Counted from the first letter of the stretch, positions 24,017 through 39,200 are shown. The stretch is 64,000 nt of DNA from Amphiscolops sp. MND2022 (GCA_964187785.1 OZ076409.1:26972001-27036000), one strand, 5' to 3'. Numbers and translations are program-made. Notes: a model not told the origin generated them from the sequence alone.

Positions 24017-27000
24017 GACACTGACGCTTTTTCCTATTAGCTTCATTCTTTTAGAGTAAACATAAATATCTTGAAACACATTCCGTGATTGATTGAAGGC
24101 CCCAGTCACATACCATCGATTCAATTCGAAGGATTCATCTACGACATAAACTACCTTTAAAAAAGTTTTTTTTAATCTTCAAACTCGCCAACTTTTTTCA
24201 TTGAAAATCCTGTTTTGCTGTATCCTGTAATCCTGCTTCGAAGTGTTGCTGAATTTCTTTTTGGTGTTGTTGAACTTCGTTTTGTACCATAATGTATGCG
24301 ATCCAGTTTTTCACAGTGAGTACACCTTTACGTGTTCGCAGAACTGCGTGTTCACGTTATTCGTTGTAATTTAATATTCTCCACTTTTGCAACGCTCCGG
24401 GCATGTGTTAAAACAGAAGCAACAAAACACTTGGTTTTCAGTACCATCATCGACGAAATCTGATTCGGCACTTTCCGTCCTAATCTGTTGATTTTCTTTC
24501 TTTTTCAAAACGTCTTGATATTCAATGATATCCTGTGTTTCATCCTTGGGCGAATCTTGAGGCAATCTGTGTATCCAACATTCATCTTTGAATTGCTTCC
24601 ATTTGGTTTCTCAAAGTGACGCGAATCCCATGCGAACAGTTTTTTGATCATCTAATCATTTTCAGCTCAGTACCAAACCTTGAAGCGTCGGTAGCTGATT
24701 ACAATCCATTTCCTGCGGATCGTACTGCTTGAGATGTGGCCGAACCGCGATAGACGAGTAAAACAATCTCCATGAACTACGGTTTTTATTTTCGTCTTAT
24801 CTTTCAGCTTTACATGCTTAACTAATATTTACAAATATATGTGTACCATTGGTCATTTCTTGAAGCTCTACCAAAAGGCCATCGTTTTCCCGTAATTGTA
24901 TTGACAAAAGTTTGATGCTCAAAATGCTGTTCATAATAAGACGACAATTACAATTGACAAATGAGTCACTTTCTATTCTGTTTAAACCAAATTGGAATGT
25001 AATCATTTCTTGAAGCATGCATTATTCTAAATTGGAAATTAGATTCACATTTCTCCTTTGATGTTTCGAAGATTCGATTTTTGAAAAACATGGGCTTTTT
25101 GGAAACAATGTCTTCAATTATGGCTAAAGAGAAAATAGAAGTGAAGATCTTGTTTCGAAACAAGCTCCGAGAACTTAGAAACTGCGTTAAAGAAAACGTA
25201 TCTATAAATATCAGAATACTACATTTAAAGGAGCTTCCGCTGATAATCAGTAACTATAATTCTCAAATTTAAACTTTAGTATGTTCGTTTAATTGAGTTT
25301 TATAAACAAGGATCAAACTTTGTTTAAATGTCAAATTTGTCCTTCTTCCCAAACTCCCCATGGAGAGTGCTTCTCTTTGTTGCTCAGGGCGAGTTTGTTG
25401 TGAAAGCTTTGAATTATCCACAAAAGTTTTCAATCACAGATCTCGATCACTTTGTACCGTTTTTAGTGTTGTTGTTAGCATTGGGCTGAAGCATGCCATT
25501 TGTGGAAAAGGAACAATTTGGGAAAACAAGTTAATTTACGTCAAGAAAAATGAAACTGAGAAAGTTTCTACAAGGAAAACAGGCGCACTTCATTTTGATT
25601 GAGTTATAAGGGCGAATAGAGAATATGGGAAAGAAAATGAAGGAGTTCTTCATAAGGTAGATACATTCCTCTGTTAATTGGTGCCGAGAATGACTAAGTT
25701 GTCCATAAATTGGCTGGTTGTTTGGTTGGTTGGTGTACTTGCTGCAATGGCGACGCTGGACTACCTAGTATTTGTTTCGCAAGCCAGCTAAGCCGTCACA
25801 GAATAACAAGAAGTAATCACTTCAGAATCTCATTTCAGCTCAAATAGCTTGCTTTGTGTTGGATTGAATCCATCCTAGATTTCTTTTCATGTCGTGTTTG
25901 TGACGCTCCATAATCCACTGTTTGGATCTAATGCTCCTCAGCAGCCAACTCCGCTATAGCTGAACGAGCAGATACAACAGAGTGGATCTGCCTCATGTTC
26001 CTTGTTCGCTTCTTATTGCAACACGATTCCTTTTCATTCTCTCAGTCTACTTGCTTCGGTGGAACAACCAAGCAACATTAAGGAAGAGAAACATAGTAGC
26101 AACAATTATGTACACTGTACTACACGCAGCTGAGTCTTTATGTCTGCCGAACGGTTGATTGAAGGCGCCGGTCGGAGCTTGTAGTATTGTAAGTTACAAA
26201 CAGAAGCATGTGTTGGAAGTCTACGGGAAGAGAAGCAACGAATCAGCTTTAACGGTACTTCTCGCCCTGCGACCACCGCCAAGCGTCAACATTGAATGCC
26301 ATGACGATACCGCTGACGTAACAGTCGGCCGGCCGTGTTTCATTCTTTGGACTGCTAAGGAGTTTCGAGAACTGACTCTGCAATATATTTTAGTCGCTTT
26401 AAAGTAGTTCCAACTGATTTTAGTTTATATACATACCTATATAAAAATATATATAGGACTAGCTAGTAAAACCGAGTCCCTTCCCTTCGTGCTGGCATGC
26501 AATGTGCATAACATATCCTGTCGTATATCACGACAATCTCCGAAAACATGGATGACGAATCAGAGATCTGAGAATTAGAATTGAGAGGTTGTAACATTTC
26601 TTCTCTATTTATCCCAGCGCTGCTGTCTCCTGTCTTTCTTTTTTCCATTTCTCCTTCCTCCACAGCCACTGCTGTCTTTCCCGCCGTTTTAATTCTCCCT
26701 CCGAACAATTCTGCCAATGCCGCTGTCGCCGTCGCTGTTTTCTTTCTCCTTTCCTCTGTTCTGCTCCACCGTTACAATAAAAATCACGGTTCCTTTACAG
26801 CAAGAGCGCGGATTTCAGCCGTTGTATTTGAAAATCTAAACGAAATTTGTTCAATTTATGAGCATTTGTCGTTCTAAATGAGAAGCTAACGCTAGAAGAA
26901 CATAGGTCCTTTTTCGTGGCCCGTTTCATTTACAAGCTGCCGGTGTGAAGGTAGTCGCATTTTCAACAGAGTTTGGAGGCAGTAGTAGAGATTCTTTGGC

Positions 27001-30000
27001 TCTATATTCGTTCCTCGGTCACTTCAATGCCCATTTGTGATTTACGACCCCGACGGTTACTGGCAATAACCAACTATATATAACAGACATTTGCCTCCAG
27101 CTATCATTTGTTGTTGCACTTTTTAAACATTATCGCATTTGTCTCCGCGCACATAAGCGAAAGAATCCAAATTCGCCAATAGATAACTTTCACGAAAAGC
27201 TGGGGCGGCGACGATTCGTATCTATTCGGGTCTCGTCATTTTGGTTCGTGACTTCGTTTCGTTTCGTTTCGAACGTGGTTCATCCTGTTGCCAACAAGGC
27301 GAGTAGTCATCCTTCAATAATAATGATCATTTCACACCTTCATCAAGTGAAGCGCTCTGTGACAACAACTACCCATTAATGTATCTCCAAGATAAAATGA
27401 ATTTGCGCTCCTAGAGTCAAGATAACGCAGTTACACTCGCAACTAAAGAAATTCGGGACACTTAGTCAATAATTGCGAATTTCTCGTGTTTCCCAACCAA
27501 TTTTATAGTTACCAAAATTACGGCGGCTGCAAATTTCTCAACTTGTTTACAAGATAACTAAGTCAATTGCAGCTGAAATTGCAGGAATTAATTGATCGTT
27601 AATTTTCCGAATTCATAATTTCATTGTGGCATTAAGAGAGTTTATTTTTATTTAACTTTCTGGCATTGCCATATTTCGACATTATAACTGGTGCCTTATG
27701 CTGTACATGTAGGTGTTATTTCGAAAGTTATCTCAGACTGCTCACCTGAACTGCTGAAATATTTTGCCTCCACAACTCGCGCCTGAAATTTGCTTTTTGT
27801 TCTCGAGGAAACCGCATTATCTTCTAAAGTTATTATCTCCTACCTCGGAAGGAAGAGACATAATTTAATCTAAAGTTCGTTAATCTTCAGTCATTGTTCA
27901 AGAAGCGCGAATGCAATCAAATTCATTCTCAGTCAATTACCGTCAAAATAAATAGTTTTGACTCAAAATACATTTTTTTTCTGACCGGATAATTCCCGCC
28001 AAAAGTAACTTTCTGTCTTAAAATTACTTTATTGAAATAAATTTCCGCATTGATGGAAAACTTCATATCCCTAATTAGTTATTGGCCCAGCTAATTAAAA
28101 AAAGAAATCGACGCAGCAAAAAAATCTGTAACCAAAGTGACATCATCACATATCCTAAATTGTTGCGATTATTGTCGTTTGATGAAATTACATCAATAAG
28201 CTTCTTTACGACACTTTTGTTGAGTGGGTTATTGGAAGCATCAAAGCGTCACAAAGACAAAGAAAATTAGCCGCTTCGTTGCTCAAACTTTGTAAAAACA
28301 ATAACTACTTATTTATATATTGGCAAAATTCAACAAGGCAAATTTATCTTACTTTCCTTTCTGATTTTTTTCCGAGAGTTATGGATCAAATTTAACCAGT
28401 TGTAAAAGTTTACGGGATAGGTAATGGCTGACACACGTGGGGTGAATTAAATTCCAGCATAGTTGCTATTTCGCAATAATTAGGACCGGAACAAACTTGA
28501 ACGACCAATTGCTATCGTTGAAATAAAAATATGGAAACATTTTGGATTCAATTATTTTTGTGAAGCTATTGGGGACAATCAAATTGGTATTCAAAACTGC
28601 ATGTCATACAAAAAGTGCAGTATCGATTTTCACGCCTTTCGAATATAAGTAGCTGAAGAGCGCAACTGCTTTCATGGTTCAACACACATGTTCAAAATTA
28701 TGACCCAGAGAAACACTTCAAAAGAATTGAATCATTTTGTTTATTAGAATTTTTGGAAAAACAAAGAACTCGTCTTAAAGTTGAATTTCAATGAAGAAAT
28801 CTATAGCTGGAATCTTTTTGAATATTGCAAAACCAATTGAAAGTCTTTTTAGAATAAGAAAATTGATGGGCCAGAGATTATGATTCTCGAAATTTGAGTA
28901 GTTGTTGGTGAATTAATAATTTTCAAACAGAGTCAACAGAGTCTATCTAAAACGGAAATCCTTATTTGGTTGTTTCCAGACATGATTTCAGCTTGACTCC
29001 AGTCCACGGGTATTAGATTAAACGCCCTATCTGATTCAAATATATCGAACCGTGAAGTAATTCACCGTAACCTAGGCTAAGTCAAATTGGTGTGATATTT
29101 TACTGTTAGTCATACCAATAGTCGCTGACAGTTTTGAAGTTTTACAAACGTTCAATTAACATTTTCCTCTAATTTCACAGCAAAACTTCGCCGATCAATA
29201 ATGCAGACTTGCTTTCATCTTTTTACAGACCTTGAGTTCTGAACAAAGATTAGCTGCCTTGTTTTCCCCAATTTTCAGTGAATTTTTGGGGAGACTCTAG
29301 ATTAGTTTTTCTGTTCTGTTGATCAAAAATAAAATGTTATATATGACAACCTTGGTAAGTGGCGCAAGGTCCGTTAGAAGCAACGCATTTCAGCTCTCTT
29401 GCATTATGTGAAATATTTTCCAATTTGAACATCTAAGATGAAAAATGATCAGAAATCTCTGGAGAAATTTGAAATCGACCAGGAGAAAAAAGTGTGCTTT
29501 GAAAATGCAGGTGTCGCTAATTGAAGTTTTCACATTCTTTTTTCTATAGCCCTTAAATAAACCCACAATCCCTGAGAAGCAAAAATTACATTCATCACCA
29601 TTCAAAGTAAAGTCAATTTCATGGCATTATGTCAATTTACAAGAGGCTAAGTTCTGGCGATAGTGGAAGTAGAAATATTTCGATGGAATGTTTTCTGTTC
29701 TTGTCATCAAAATCAGAAACACTTCTAGCTATCTTCTTTTCAAGAATGCTACCATCTAATGATACCATTTACGACTCGTAACAGAAACCATCAAATGACT
29801 ACATTTGCGCGTGTTTTATACTTCAATTAGACCTATTTCTGCACTAACTTATTCTTTCTGAAGTTGACACAAAGTGTGTAGAATTGGATGCTCTGAGATT
29901 TGCATTTTGAAGTCATTTTACCTCAATTACACTTCGCCCTTCGATCACAGCAGCCGAAATTCTTACTTTGATAATTTATTACCAAATATGGAAGCCATTC

Positions 30001-30315
30001 TCATTACCATTCTGAGCGCCGCTTTCACACCAGTTTCTGGTAAGTTCTTTACCGTATACTTCAAAAGCATCAGCGCTAATGGTATTAAAATGAAATCTCT
30101 GAAGATTACTTTTCAATTACTTGATTAATAAATTCACGGTAAGAACCCCACGTGGGAGTTAGAGATGCGAAACTGACGTGTTTGGGGAAATCGGAAAAAT
30201 GACGTTAGCCATTGCCTCCCTTTTTTTGACAGGAGGCGAGAAAGTTTATAACACAATTTGACGAGAAATGTTTTCCTGTGAAAGGCATCAAAGGTAAGTT
30301 TGAGAAAGTGTTTTC

Positions 30316-33300
30316 AAAAAGACGCCGGCTGACCGGCAAGATATTTTCCGCCCCAAACTCTTCTAGCAACGAGATAACGTTGAGGTGCAAGAGTAGTCAA
30401 TGCACTTTGAAAATGCAAAGCAGTATTAAAAAAAGAAAGTTTTGACACTGTTTGATTATTCTTCATCCCATTTTGAGAGAAAGCATTCAAATTAAGAACA
30501 CGCCAAGTACCTAATTGTTTTGTTGTTGAACTGTGTGGAAAACAGTACCTACCTAAATTTTCAAAACATGCGAACCAAATGCCAAAAACAGTCTAAAGTT
30601 GAGAATAAAGTTGAAAAAACTCAACTCCAGGATTGGCTATTTTTTTACTTTCCCTATTGTACATTTCTCGATAACCGCCAGCGCAAGACTACTGTCTTCA
30701 GTTTATTGTCTCTTTCTGGGCATTTCATGGCATCAAGAAACCAAAACACTTAGTATTCTTTTTAAAAGTATACTGCAAAGATACGTCATGTGTCTCTGAA
30801 CCCTTTAGTATTTTATATCCACTGAATCGTTCAAAGATTGAGTTTTGTTTGGAAAAAAATATCGAAAAAAAAAGAATTTTGAGTTTTCGAGTTTTTTTTG
30901 TATTTTTGCATATAAATTTGTCCATTTTCCTTTGAAACGCATACTGATAGCTACATGTCTCAAAGCTTGTCTGCAGGACTTTCTACTTTAGGAAAAGGTT
31001 TGCCAAAAATTGGGAAAGTATGCAAGTTTGGACTATCTTGTTGTCTTTTGTTTTTGTGGACAAAATTGTTTTTCTTTGGCCAGATATATTCAACTAGACG
31101 AGTCATTCTGACAGACTTTTAGCAAAAAACGACAAATTTTGGGTCAAAAAGGCAAACTGCATAGCTATTTCTTTGAGTTTGTTGATTATTCTAAACCACG
31201 AACGCTTCTAATGTCTACAAATTTTACGAAAAATTGTCCAGAAATTTGAAATTTTTTGACATTTTTGGGGCCTTTCGAGCCATTTTATAAGTAGAAACGG
31301 CAGATATCTCTAACGCAACGCCAACTGAATACCGGGGTTAGTTGTACGTGAATGTTTACACCATTCTAACTCACGAAGCCAATCAAAAATGTTATAAAAA
31401 ATAGCCTCAAAAGGTCAATTTAAAAACAAGACGCCCGCTGAGCAGCGAGATATTTTCCGCCCGAACTGTTCTACAACTACATAAATTTGAGGCTCAAGGA
31501 TAACTAATGCACTATAAAAACGCTAAGAGGTTCGAAGAAAAAAAGCTTCGATTTATCTTTGCCCAGTTGTGAAGGAAACACCTTTATTTTAGTATTTCTG
31601 CGATAGCTGGCCAGTTTTCGTAATTTCGACACTATGCGACTTACCGAGTGAAATTTTTCATTTTTTTTTCGAAAACAATTTTCGAAAAATATTTTTTGCA
31701 ATTTTTAGTTTTTGAGGTTTTCTGTGAAAGAAATAAGTTTCCCGAGTCTTACGGGTGACCTTTCCGTTACTTTTAATCATGTGGAACTGATGGAGTCTCT
31801 TATTGACTGTTGAAAATACATCATTTCAGTTTTTTTCGGCTCCGTACCTCTTCCCAAAATTTTCATTTGGTCAAAGCGTAGCCCCTTGATCTCATAGCTG
31901 ATTTCGGCATAAAAAAGGTAGATTGTGAGCTGAGACTTGTTCCGCCTTCATAGGATTTTACCGAAAAAATAAAAAATATGGCGTTCTGAAAATCCTGTTG
32001 GGAAAAAAATGGTTTCAGAGTCTCAGGGGTATTTATTGGGATTATTTTTGGCACTGAGAAAATGGTTTAGGCTTGAAACTAGGTCATTTGCAAGTTTAAG
32101 GAACTTGATGCGGTCCCTGGTTGGTATATTTTTGCACATAGTTCCATCAAAGGTGTCAAAAATTGGAAATTTTTCTGACAACTTTGGGATCAATTTGAGG
32201 AACTTTTCTAACATGAATCTACAGATGTCTTTTCAAAAATAGGCCTACTGGACACCGAGTTTAGTTGTTGTTTATTGCTTACACCATTCTAACCCACGAT
32301 ATAGCTTGAAACATTTTCCTTTGGAAGGTGTTCTCCATAGCTATTGAAAATAGGAAAATTTTGGGTTTTTTGTCGTTTTTGGTGCCAACTTGAGATTTTC
32401 TTCATCTAGAAAACTGCATTAAATTCTTCGTAAAAACTTTTTGGACCAATACTGTTCCTTGCTTACGCTTCGCAACATTCTGATCTACGAAGCCTGTCGA
32501 AAATGTGACAAAAATTGCATAAAAAATTCGAAAAATAGAAAGTTTTGGGTTTTTTGTCACTTTCGGTTTCAATTTGAGACCTTTTTCATTTAGAAAATAG
32601 AAAACATCTTTTCGGAAAAGCCTATTGGACAGCTAATACGGGCCGCTTTGACCGTTTTCGACATTCTAATCAACGAAGTCCTACTAAAATTCGACAAAAA
32701 TTGAATAAAATCGTTAAAAATCGGGAAATTTTGGAATTTTGGTCATTTATTGGGACAATTTTCTCTGACAAAACCGCATTTATCTCTTCCTAGAAAACTA
32801 TTGAACAACAACATCGTGCCTTGTTGAACGTTTGCAACATTCTAATTTGCAATGTTTATCAGTAAATTGACAAAAAACGCATGAAAACAGTAAAAATTGA
32901 GAAATTTTGGAGTTTTTGTTTTTTTTCGGGGCCAATTTGAGATATTTTTCATTAGGAAAACTGCAATAAATTCCTTAGAAAAGCCTACTGGACTATTACG
33001 TTTTCCTTGCTGACGCTTCTCAACATTCTAATCTACGAAGTCTGTCGAAAATTTGACAAAAAAGCTTTTAAAAGTTTGAAAAATGGAAAGTTTTGGTTTT
33101 TTTTATTTTCGGTATCAATTTGAGACCTTTTTCATTTGGAAAAAAAAGCATTTACTTTTTCTGAAAAGCCTACCGGACAGCAAATGCGTGCCATGTTGGG
33201 CGTTCTCAACATTTTGATTAACGAAGTATGTCGAAAATTTGACAAAAATTGCTTAAAATTGTTAAAAATCTGAAAATTTTGGAATTTTCGTCATTTTTGG

Positions 33301-34462
33301 GGTCAATTTTCTGGTACAAAATCGCATTTATCTCTTCATAGAAGACTATTGGAGAATGAATTCGTGCCCTGTTGAACGTTTTCAACATTCTAATTCGCGG
33401 TGTCTCTCAAAAAATTGACAAAAATTGCATAAAAACGTTAAAAAATTGAGAAATTTGGGAATTTTCTGGGTACATTTTCGGGGTCATTTCGTCATTAAGG
33501 GGTCATTTCGTCATTAAGCGGCCATTTTCGTCATTTTAAAAAACTCCAAAAATCTCTACAATTACATATCGCACGAAGCTAAATTTATGTGAGTTGAATT
33601 CTATGCGTAACACCCTTAAAGTTGAACATAAATAAATTCTTGGCAAATTTTGTAAAAAAACCGTTTGATTTAAATATTTTCCTTTCCCATATATGAAATA
33701 TGGTCGGAAAATAAAAAGTTCGGTTTTTTTGACAAAAATGGGTTATTCTGAACTACTCCATAGCTAGTTACTTTGTCTGTAGTTTTCTGAACTTTTTGAA
33801 TACCGAAATATTTCTAATTCTTCACGAAATGTAACTGAAACTGGAAACGATTTTTTTCTTCATTTTCAGGCTTTTTTCTATCATAAATCTGCGAGTATCT
33901 CTTCAAGTCTACTGGATAACAAAATAGTTTGTTCTTAATCGTGTTCAACATTTCAACCCACGGAATGGAACAAAAAAATATGCAAAACTTGCATAAAAAA
34001 CTAGACATTTTTGCAAAACATCGCAACTTTCACTTCACAAAGCGTACTACAATGCTAGTTTGTTCATCTTTGAACTCTTTGAACCTGAAAACTCATGATA
34101 TTTTGGGGTCATCACTTTGAGGCATTTTTCTAGCAAACTTCTCAAAACATCCTACTGGATAACGAATTCATTTGTTCGTGATTGTCTATAACGTACTAAA
34201 AACACGAAATAATCTGTCGAAAGTTTTGCAAAAATAGCATGAAAACGTTAAAAATTGGAAAATTTAAAGAAGCATTCTGGGGTCGTTGGTTTCAACCAAA
34301 AAAATATCCAAAAATAGAAAAACATCGCATGATCTAAAACTATGTCAGCTGAATTCTACGATTGAACCCTTTCAATTTGTGTATAAATTTGGAACAAGAC
34401 AAATTTTGGGAAAAAAACACGGCTGTTAATTTTTTTTCATATGCAATTTGGGCGGAAAATAA
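30316..34462 (+). mobile_element. HINE-like family 2: two nested copies carrying a satellite array
   Basis: Heads (AA)CAAGACGCC...TATTTTCCGCCC at 30316 and 31425; tails GG(G/T)CGGAAAATAA ending about 33714 and 34462. Confidence 0.6.
32230..33480. repeat. Tandem array of ~176-190-bp monomers with a 548-bp trimeric higher-order period
   Basis: ACATT(C/T)T(A/G)AT marker at 32475, 32661, 32837, 33023, 33209 and 33385 (spacings 186, 176, 186, 186, 176). Confidence 0.85.
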
Positions 34463-35399
34463 TGAAATTTGGAAAATTCAAGCATGGGATTTTGTTCATT
34501 TTCCATTCATGTAAAAAAATCTGGAAGCTACTAAGACTTAGAAATTTTTTGAGCAGAACGAGAAGCGTGCAAGGTGTCATTCAATGTAGCAGCTAGTGTT
34601 TGCAAAGAAAATATTTTTCATAATTTCCTATTTAAAAATTAGAAAGTTATGCAAGGGAATCCAAAGTTTATTTTTACGACGGAACAATGAGACAATTGCT
34701 AATCCATCTTCATAAAAAAATGCAGCGCAAAATAGCTTGAACTACTATTCAATCATGCATGTATTGATTCTTTGGAAACGTCGAAAAACCTGTTTTGCTG
34801 GCAAAGAACTGCTGCTGTATTGACAAGCTTCTCGGAATGCTGGTTCACCATTTAAGTAAGTAACCAAATCATTAGAATCTTGTACGACGTTGAAGCAGAT
34901 GTCCCTTGCCACTTAGCAAGTCTAATACTTTGAAAAGATCTAGAGATTGCATCTTCTACATTTGCTCCAGAAAAATACAAAACTGAACCAATTGAACAAA
35001 ACAGAATAATCAGTGTTGGGCCGGAAGAAAAAAACTAGCCATTGTAAAATCATGTCTTTTTTCAAGAAGCGCCAATTCACAAGAGCAAGAACTAGCAATT
35101 GAAATTTGGTAACACTGAGTTTGACATTGTGATCAAAACATGAAGCTGACCAGTGATTGCCCACTTGGCTGCCAATGTCTTGTCATTCTCTCGAGAAGAG
35201 ATTTCCATGTTTATAAACATGAATGTGCCCTTCTTTATAACAAGACAGTTGATACCTCCCAAAATCACCTCAAAGAATTCCATAGACACTTGTGTTTACT
35301 TTAGCAATTTTCCCAAATATTCACATAAATGTCATAAAAAGTAATTTTATAGGCAACTCAGCAACTATATTTTGAGTTGGAAAAAAGGAATAAACAGAT

Positions 35400-38300
35400 A
35401 ATCATTGTATAGTTGAATATTATACTTGAAAGCTTCAAAAATGCTGATCAAAGGACAGACCGCGAAGCGATTAACCTGTAATTACAAAAACATTTATCGG
35501 AAAAAGACTCGAAGATTGCAGAAAGAAATTGAAACCCTAGAGGAGTGAATCGGCATTCAAGAGCAGTATTCTTAACAGCACACCGTTATTATTGATAATT
35601 TATCAATCTACAATAACAAATGGCTTCTGTTGGGTAATGTACTCCAATTTTTTGACAAAATCTTGGAAGATCGATTGCAAAAAACTGCTACAAATGCGTT
35701 CCATTTTCTACCAAAATTGAAAACAAATCACCAAGTACCATATCAGTGATTGTCTGATTCCTGTATTTTCATCACAAAATTGATAGTTAAAATAGACGCA
35801 TGAGTGTAAGTCGCCACCATATGGTTCACCCAATAAACAAACCACCCATTCATCTGAGAGAAAGTATATCGAAAAATTTAGTGAAACTGAAAATATACGG
35901 GGAAAAAGAGAAATTGGTTGCGACTACCTACTACAGTCAAGTGAAAGTCTTTTCGGAAACACCTGAAAACAAGACTATCTTCAGAGTGGTACGGAACCAA
36001 AAAGATAAAAGATAACGATCAACTAACAAACATTGCACTACAACAAACACGTAACACCCGTGTCAATCAGATGATGAGTACCAACGTCAATATTCTTTCC
36101 AAGGAAAGACAACGCGAGGATTCGCCAAATATGACAGCGATGAGAAAACTTACGAATCAAAGCTCCTCAGCGGATGGTAATGAAGTAATGTGAGCAAAAC
36201 AATTGGTGAACCTGAAACGATTGTACTGTTTTCAATGACAGTAACTTGTTGAAACTTTGCTCACCATTCTTGAACCAAAGACGTTGTTGAAGTGATTTCG
36301 TGTATGACGGTGGAAACCAACCGTTGGCACATAAGACTAACAAAAAAGTTTAATTCTAAGACTAAACATATGGTATTTAATTTACCATCAAGATGAAATG
36401 AAAGTTTTATTGGAAACATTCTATACAAAGCCAGATCCACTAGCTTTACCCAAAATTTGGTTGACGAGGACAAGAATAGGGAAACGTACAACGTGAAAGT
36501 CTATCAAACTATTGAGGCCAAGCCTAGAAATATATCCAAATGGCAAGCGGATGATGTGGCGGTTTATATCAAAACAGGGATCGATTATGATTTGGTAAAC
36601 TACAATACCAACATTGAATGCTTACCTAATCAAATGAATTACCAGGAGGAAGAAGCAAAAGTATTTTGCGTACTTTACCGACTTGAACTTTATCGACTAA
36701 CTGACTTACTCCCACACTTCGAAAAACCTGCTATGTTACATGAAGAACTTTAATTACGAGTCATACCGCATTGATCCCTTTAATACTGACACGTTGAAGG
36801 ATGGCCCTGACAAAAGTAAGTATGAAACAGTATTGACCGATTATGATTTAGAAAGACAAATTTTCAGGACAAGGGCACATCCACAATCAGAAACGTGTCT
36901 TGACCATCTTATTTTCTGAGAGTTTGAGTTTATTGAATCATGACGCTACCAACAACAATCTCCAATCTGTATACAGTACTGGGATCTATTGCATCGAAAA
37001 CCAAAAGTAAAGAAACTAGTGAAGCCAGAACCGAACAAGCCGAGAACGGCCAAAGTCGGCGCCATATCTAAGGCTAAAAATTTAAAAGGGGGACCCTTCG
37101 GGCTCTGTGAAACTCCAGCTGGTTGCAAAAAATTAAAAAAATTGAAGGGGGACCCTTTGGAGACATGAAAAAATTTCCCAAAAAATTTTTTTAAATGAAA
37201 TCTTTGAACAGTGTCACAGTGCCGAAAAATGTAAAAGGGGGACCCCTTGCGATTTTTTGACATCCATTGTGTTGCAAAATATCGAAACAAATGAAAGGGA
37301 GGACCCTCTGGTGCAATCCAAAAAACTTCAAAAAAAGTCGCATAGTGCCGAAAAAAAGTGGGGCTAAGGTGGAATATTTAGTGTGTTTTTGAGGTTGTGG
37401 ACGTCTGTTTTGTTTTTTCTTTTCGTCTTGGACGCGCTTCTGAGGTTGCAGTTGTTGAGGTTTGAAGTTGTTGAGGTTAGAGGTTTTTGAACAAATGAAC
37501 AAGAAAAGTGGAACTTTCATGTCTAAAAAAACTACCCACTGTAATAGTCGGGCACATTTTGTACTAAAATGCGCCGACTAAAAACACACTCTGAGGAATA
37601 TTAAAAGTGAATATGCGCTAACTTTTTGAGGCAAGTATCAGGTGAAGCAACAGCGGAGATGCAAGTAACGTCAACCTCAAAAAAATTATTAAGATTGCGA
37701 ATCGATCGCATCCGATAGGAAAAGTGTCAAATAAGAAAACAGATGACTGTATTAGTAACAAAATAAAAATTCAACGACTACTTGCAACAAATTTTTTCAA
37801 ACGTGAATTTACGACCCATCTCCTAAAACACTTCAAATCTTTGTCCATGAAGCGAAGCAGCAAGTAAATTACAAAAAACACTTGGAGTTGAGCTCTTGCT
37901 AAAAACCCTCTGTAGCACACTCAAGGTAAAAAAGGGAATCAATGAAGCAAACCCGAGCCTCCTCGATGCAATTAAACAAAGGAGTAATTTGTTTCCATAG
38001 GTCTATTGCTGTCATCCAAGCGTTCTAAGACCAAAATGATTACCAAAAAACTTCAAAAGAAAATATCGATGGTTTTCGTAATGACAAATCAGTTAGAAAC
38101 TCAAGAAATTGATGAACAGATGATACAAAAACCTTGCGTTGGGACAACATTACGAAAGAGATACCTACCTAGAAAAAAAACAGAAAGTTTACGATTACTT
38201 CGTTCTTTAGTAAAGTCTTTCAAAAACTAATTCATAATCAAAGCGTTCAATTCGGTGAAACAAATGAACTAAATAAGTTAATCATTATGAAGTCTGCTCG

Positions 38301-39200
38301 AAGAGATCATGTGCAGATGCCATATCTTTTATGACAGTCTTCATAATACCTGAAATTGACAATAAAGCAACAGCGCAGGCACTTTTCACAAATCTTAAAA
38401 CGACATATGACATCCTGGATCACTCGGTACCTTTAGAAACGCCTACAGAGGATCATCATACATGCAACGAACAATAGTTACCTCTGTGATCGGTGGCAAC
38501 ATGTAAGTTTTGGTGGAATTTGTAATGATAATAAACAAACTCTCACAGGTGTTCCTCAGGATTCAATACGTGGACCATTTTTTGTCCTGCTGTACATAAG
38601 TGATTTTGTTACCAGTAGTGGCGATAGTAATGTAACCGGTTGCAGATGACACCACATCGATCATCACTGGAAAAAGCAGTGCTTTCTCAGAACAAGATGA
38701 TATAGATACGGTTTCGGACTGGTTAGTTGCTAGTATGTTAACTGTTAATACAGATAAGTGTGAACTGAGGGCTTTTGGATCTGGGAATTTGAAGACGTTG
38801 AAAAAAAAATTACGCCACAGACTTACAAAATATCGCTAAAACCTTGAACAAGTATTTTGGTCTAATAAACTGTTGGCGCCATCTGTATCCACGCAATTAT
38901 CTGCTTTTAATTTACAACACGTCTACGAAATTGATGATGACGTATGGCTCACTAATCTACAGTTCTGCGGCTAAAACAAGTTTAGAAAAATTGAAAAAAT
39001 GCAGCGTCAAATAATGAGAGCATTCTTTTCAAAACAAAATTCGATCCTATCCTCGACTTTCTACTTGTCAACGGAATTCTTAGTGATTGCGAACTGTATC
39101 TCAGTGAATTTCGGACGGAACGTTTACGGAAGTTACGCCACGAAGCGCCTGTGCAATTTTTGCACGAAATCACAAACATCTCATCTTGAACAAGGAATCA
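35400..39200 (+). mobile_element. Old, heavily decayed near-full-length LINE related to the element at 58708-62700
   Basis: Collinear peptide remnants: IQEQYS...IIDNL, HPINKPPIHLRE, YQTIEAKPR...VAVYIK, GVPQDSIRGP, TYGSLIYSSAAKTSLEKL...QRQIMRA. Confidence 0.8.
37034..37584 (+). mobile_element. Complete HINE-like family 1 copy inserted in the old LINE
   Basis: AACAAGCCGAGAACGGCCAAAGTCGGCGCC ... GCGCCGACTAAAAA. Confidence 0.8.

Noticed and set aside
26463..26877. Overlapping ORFs on both strands
   Set aside because: No ATG at the predicted starts; the frames stay open because of a purine/pyrimidine strand-biased tract.
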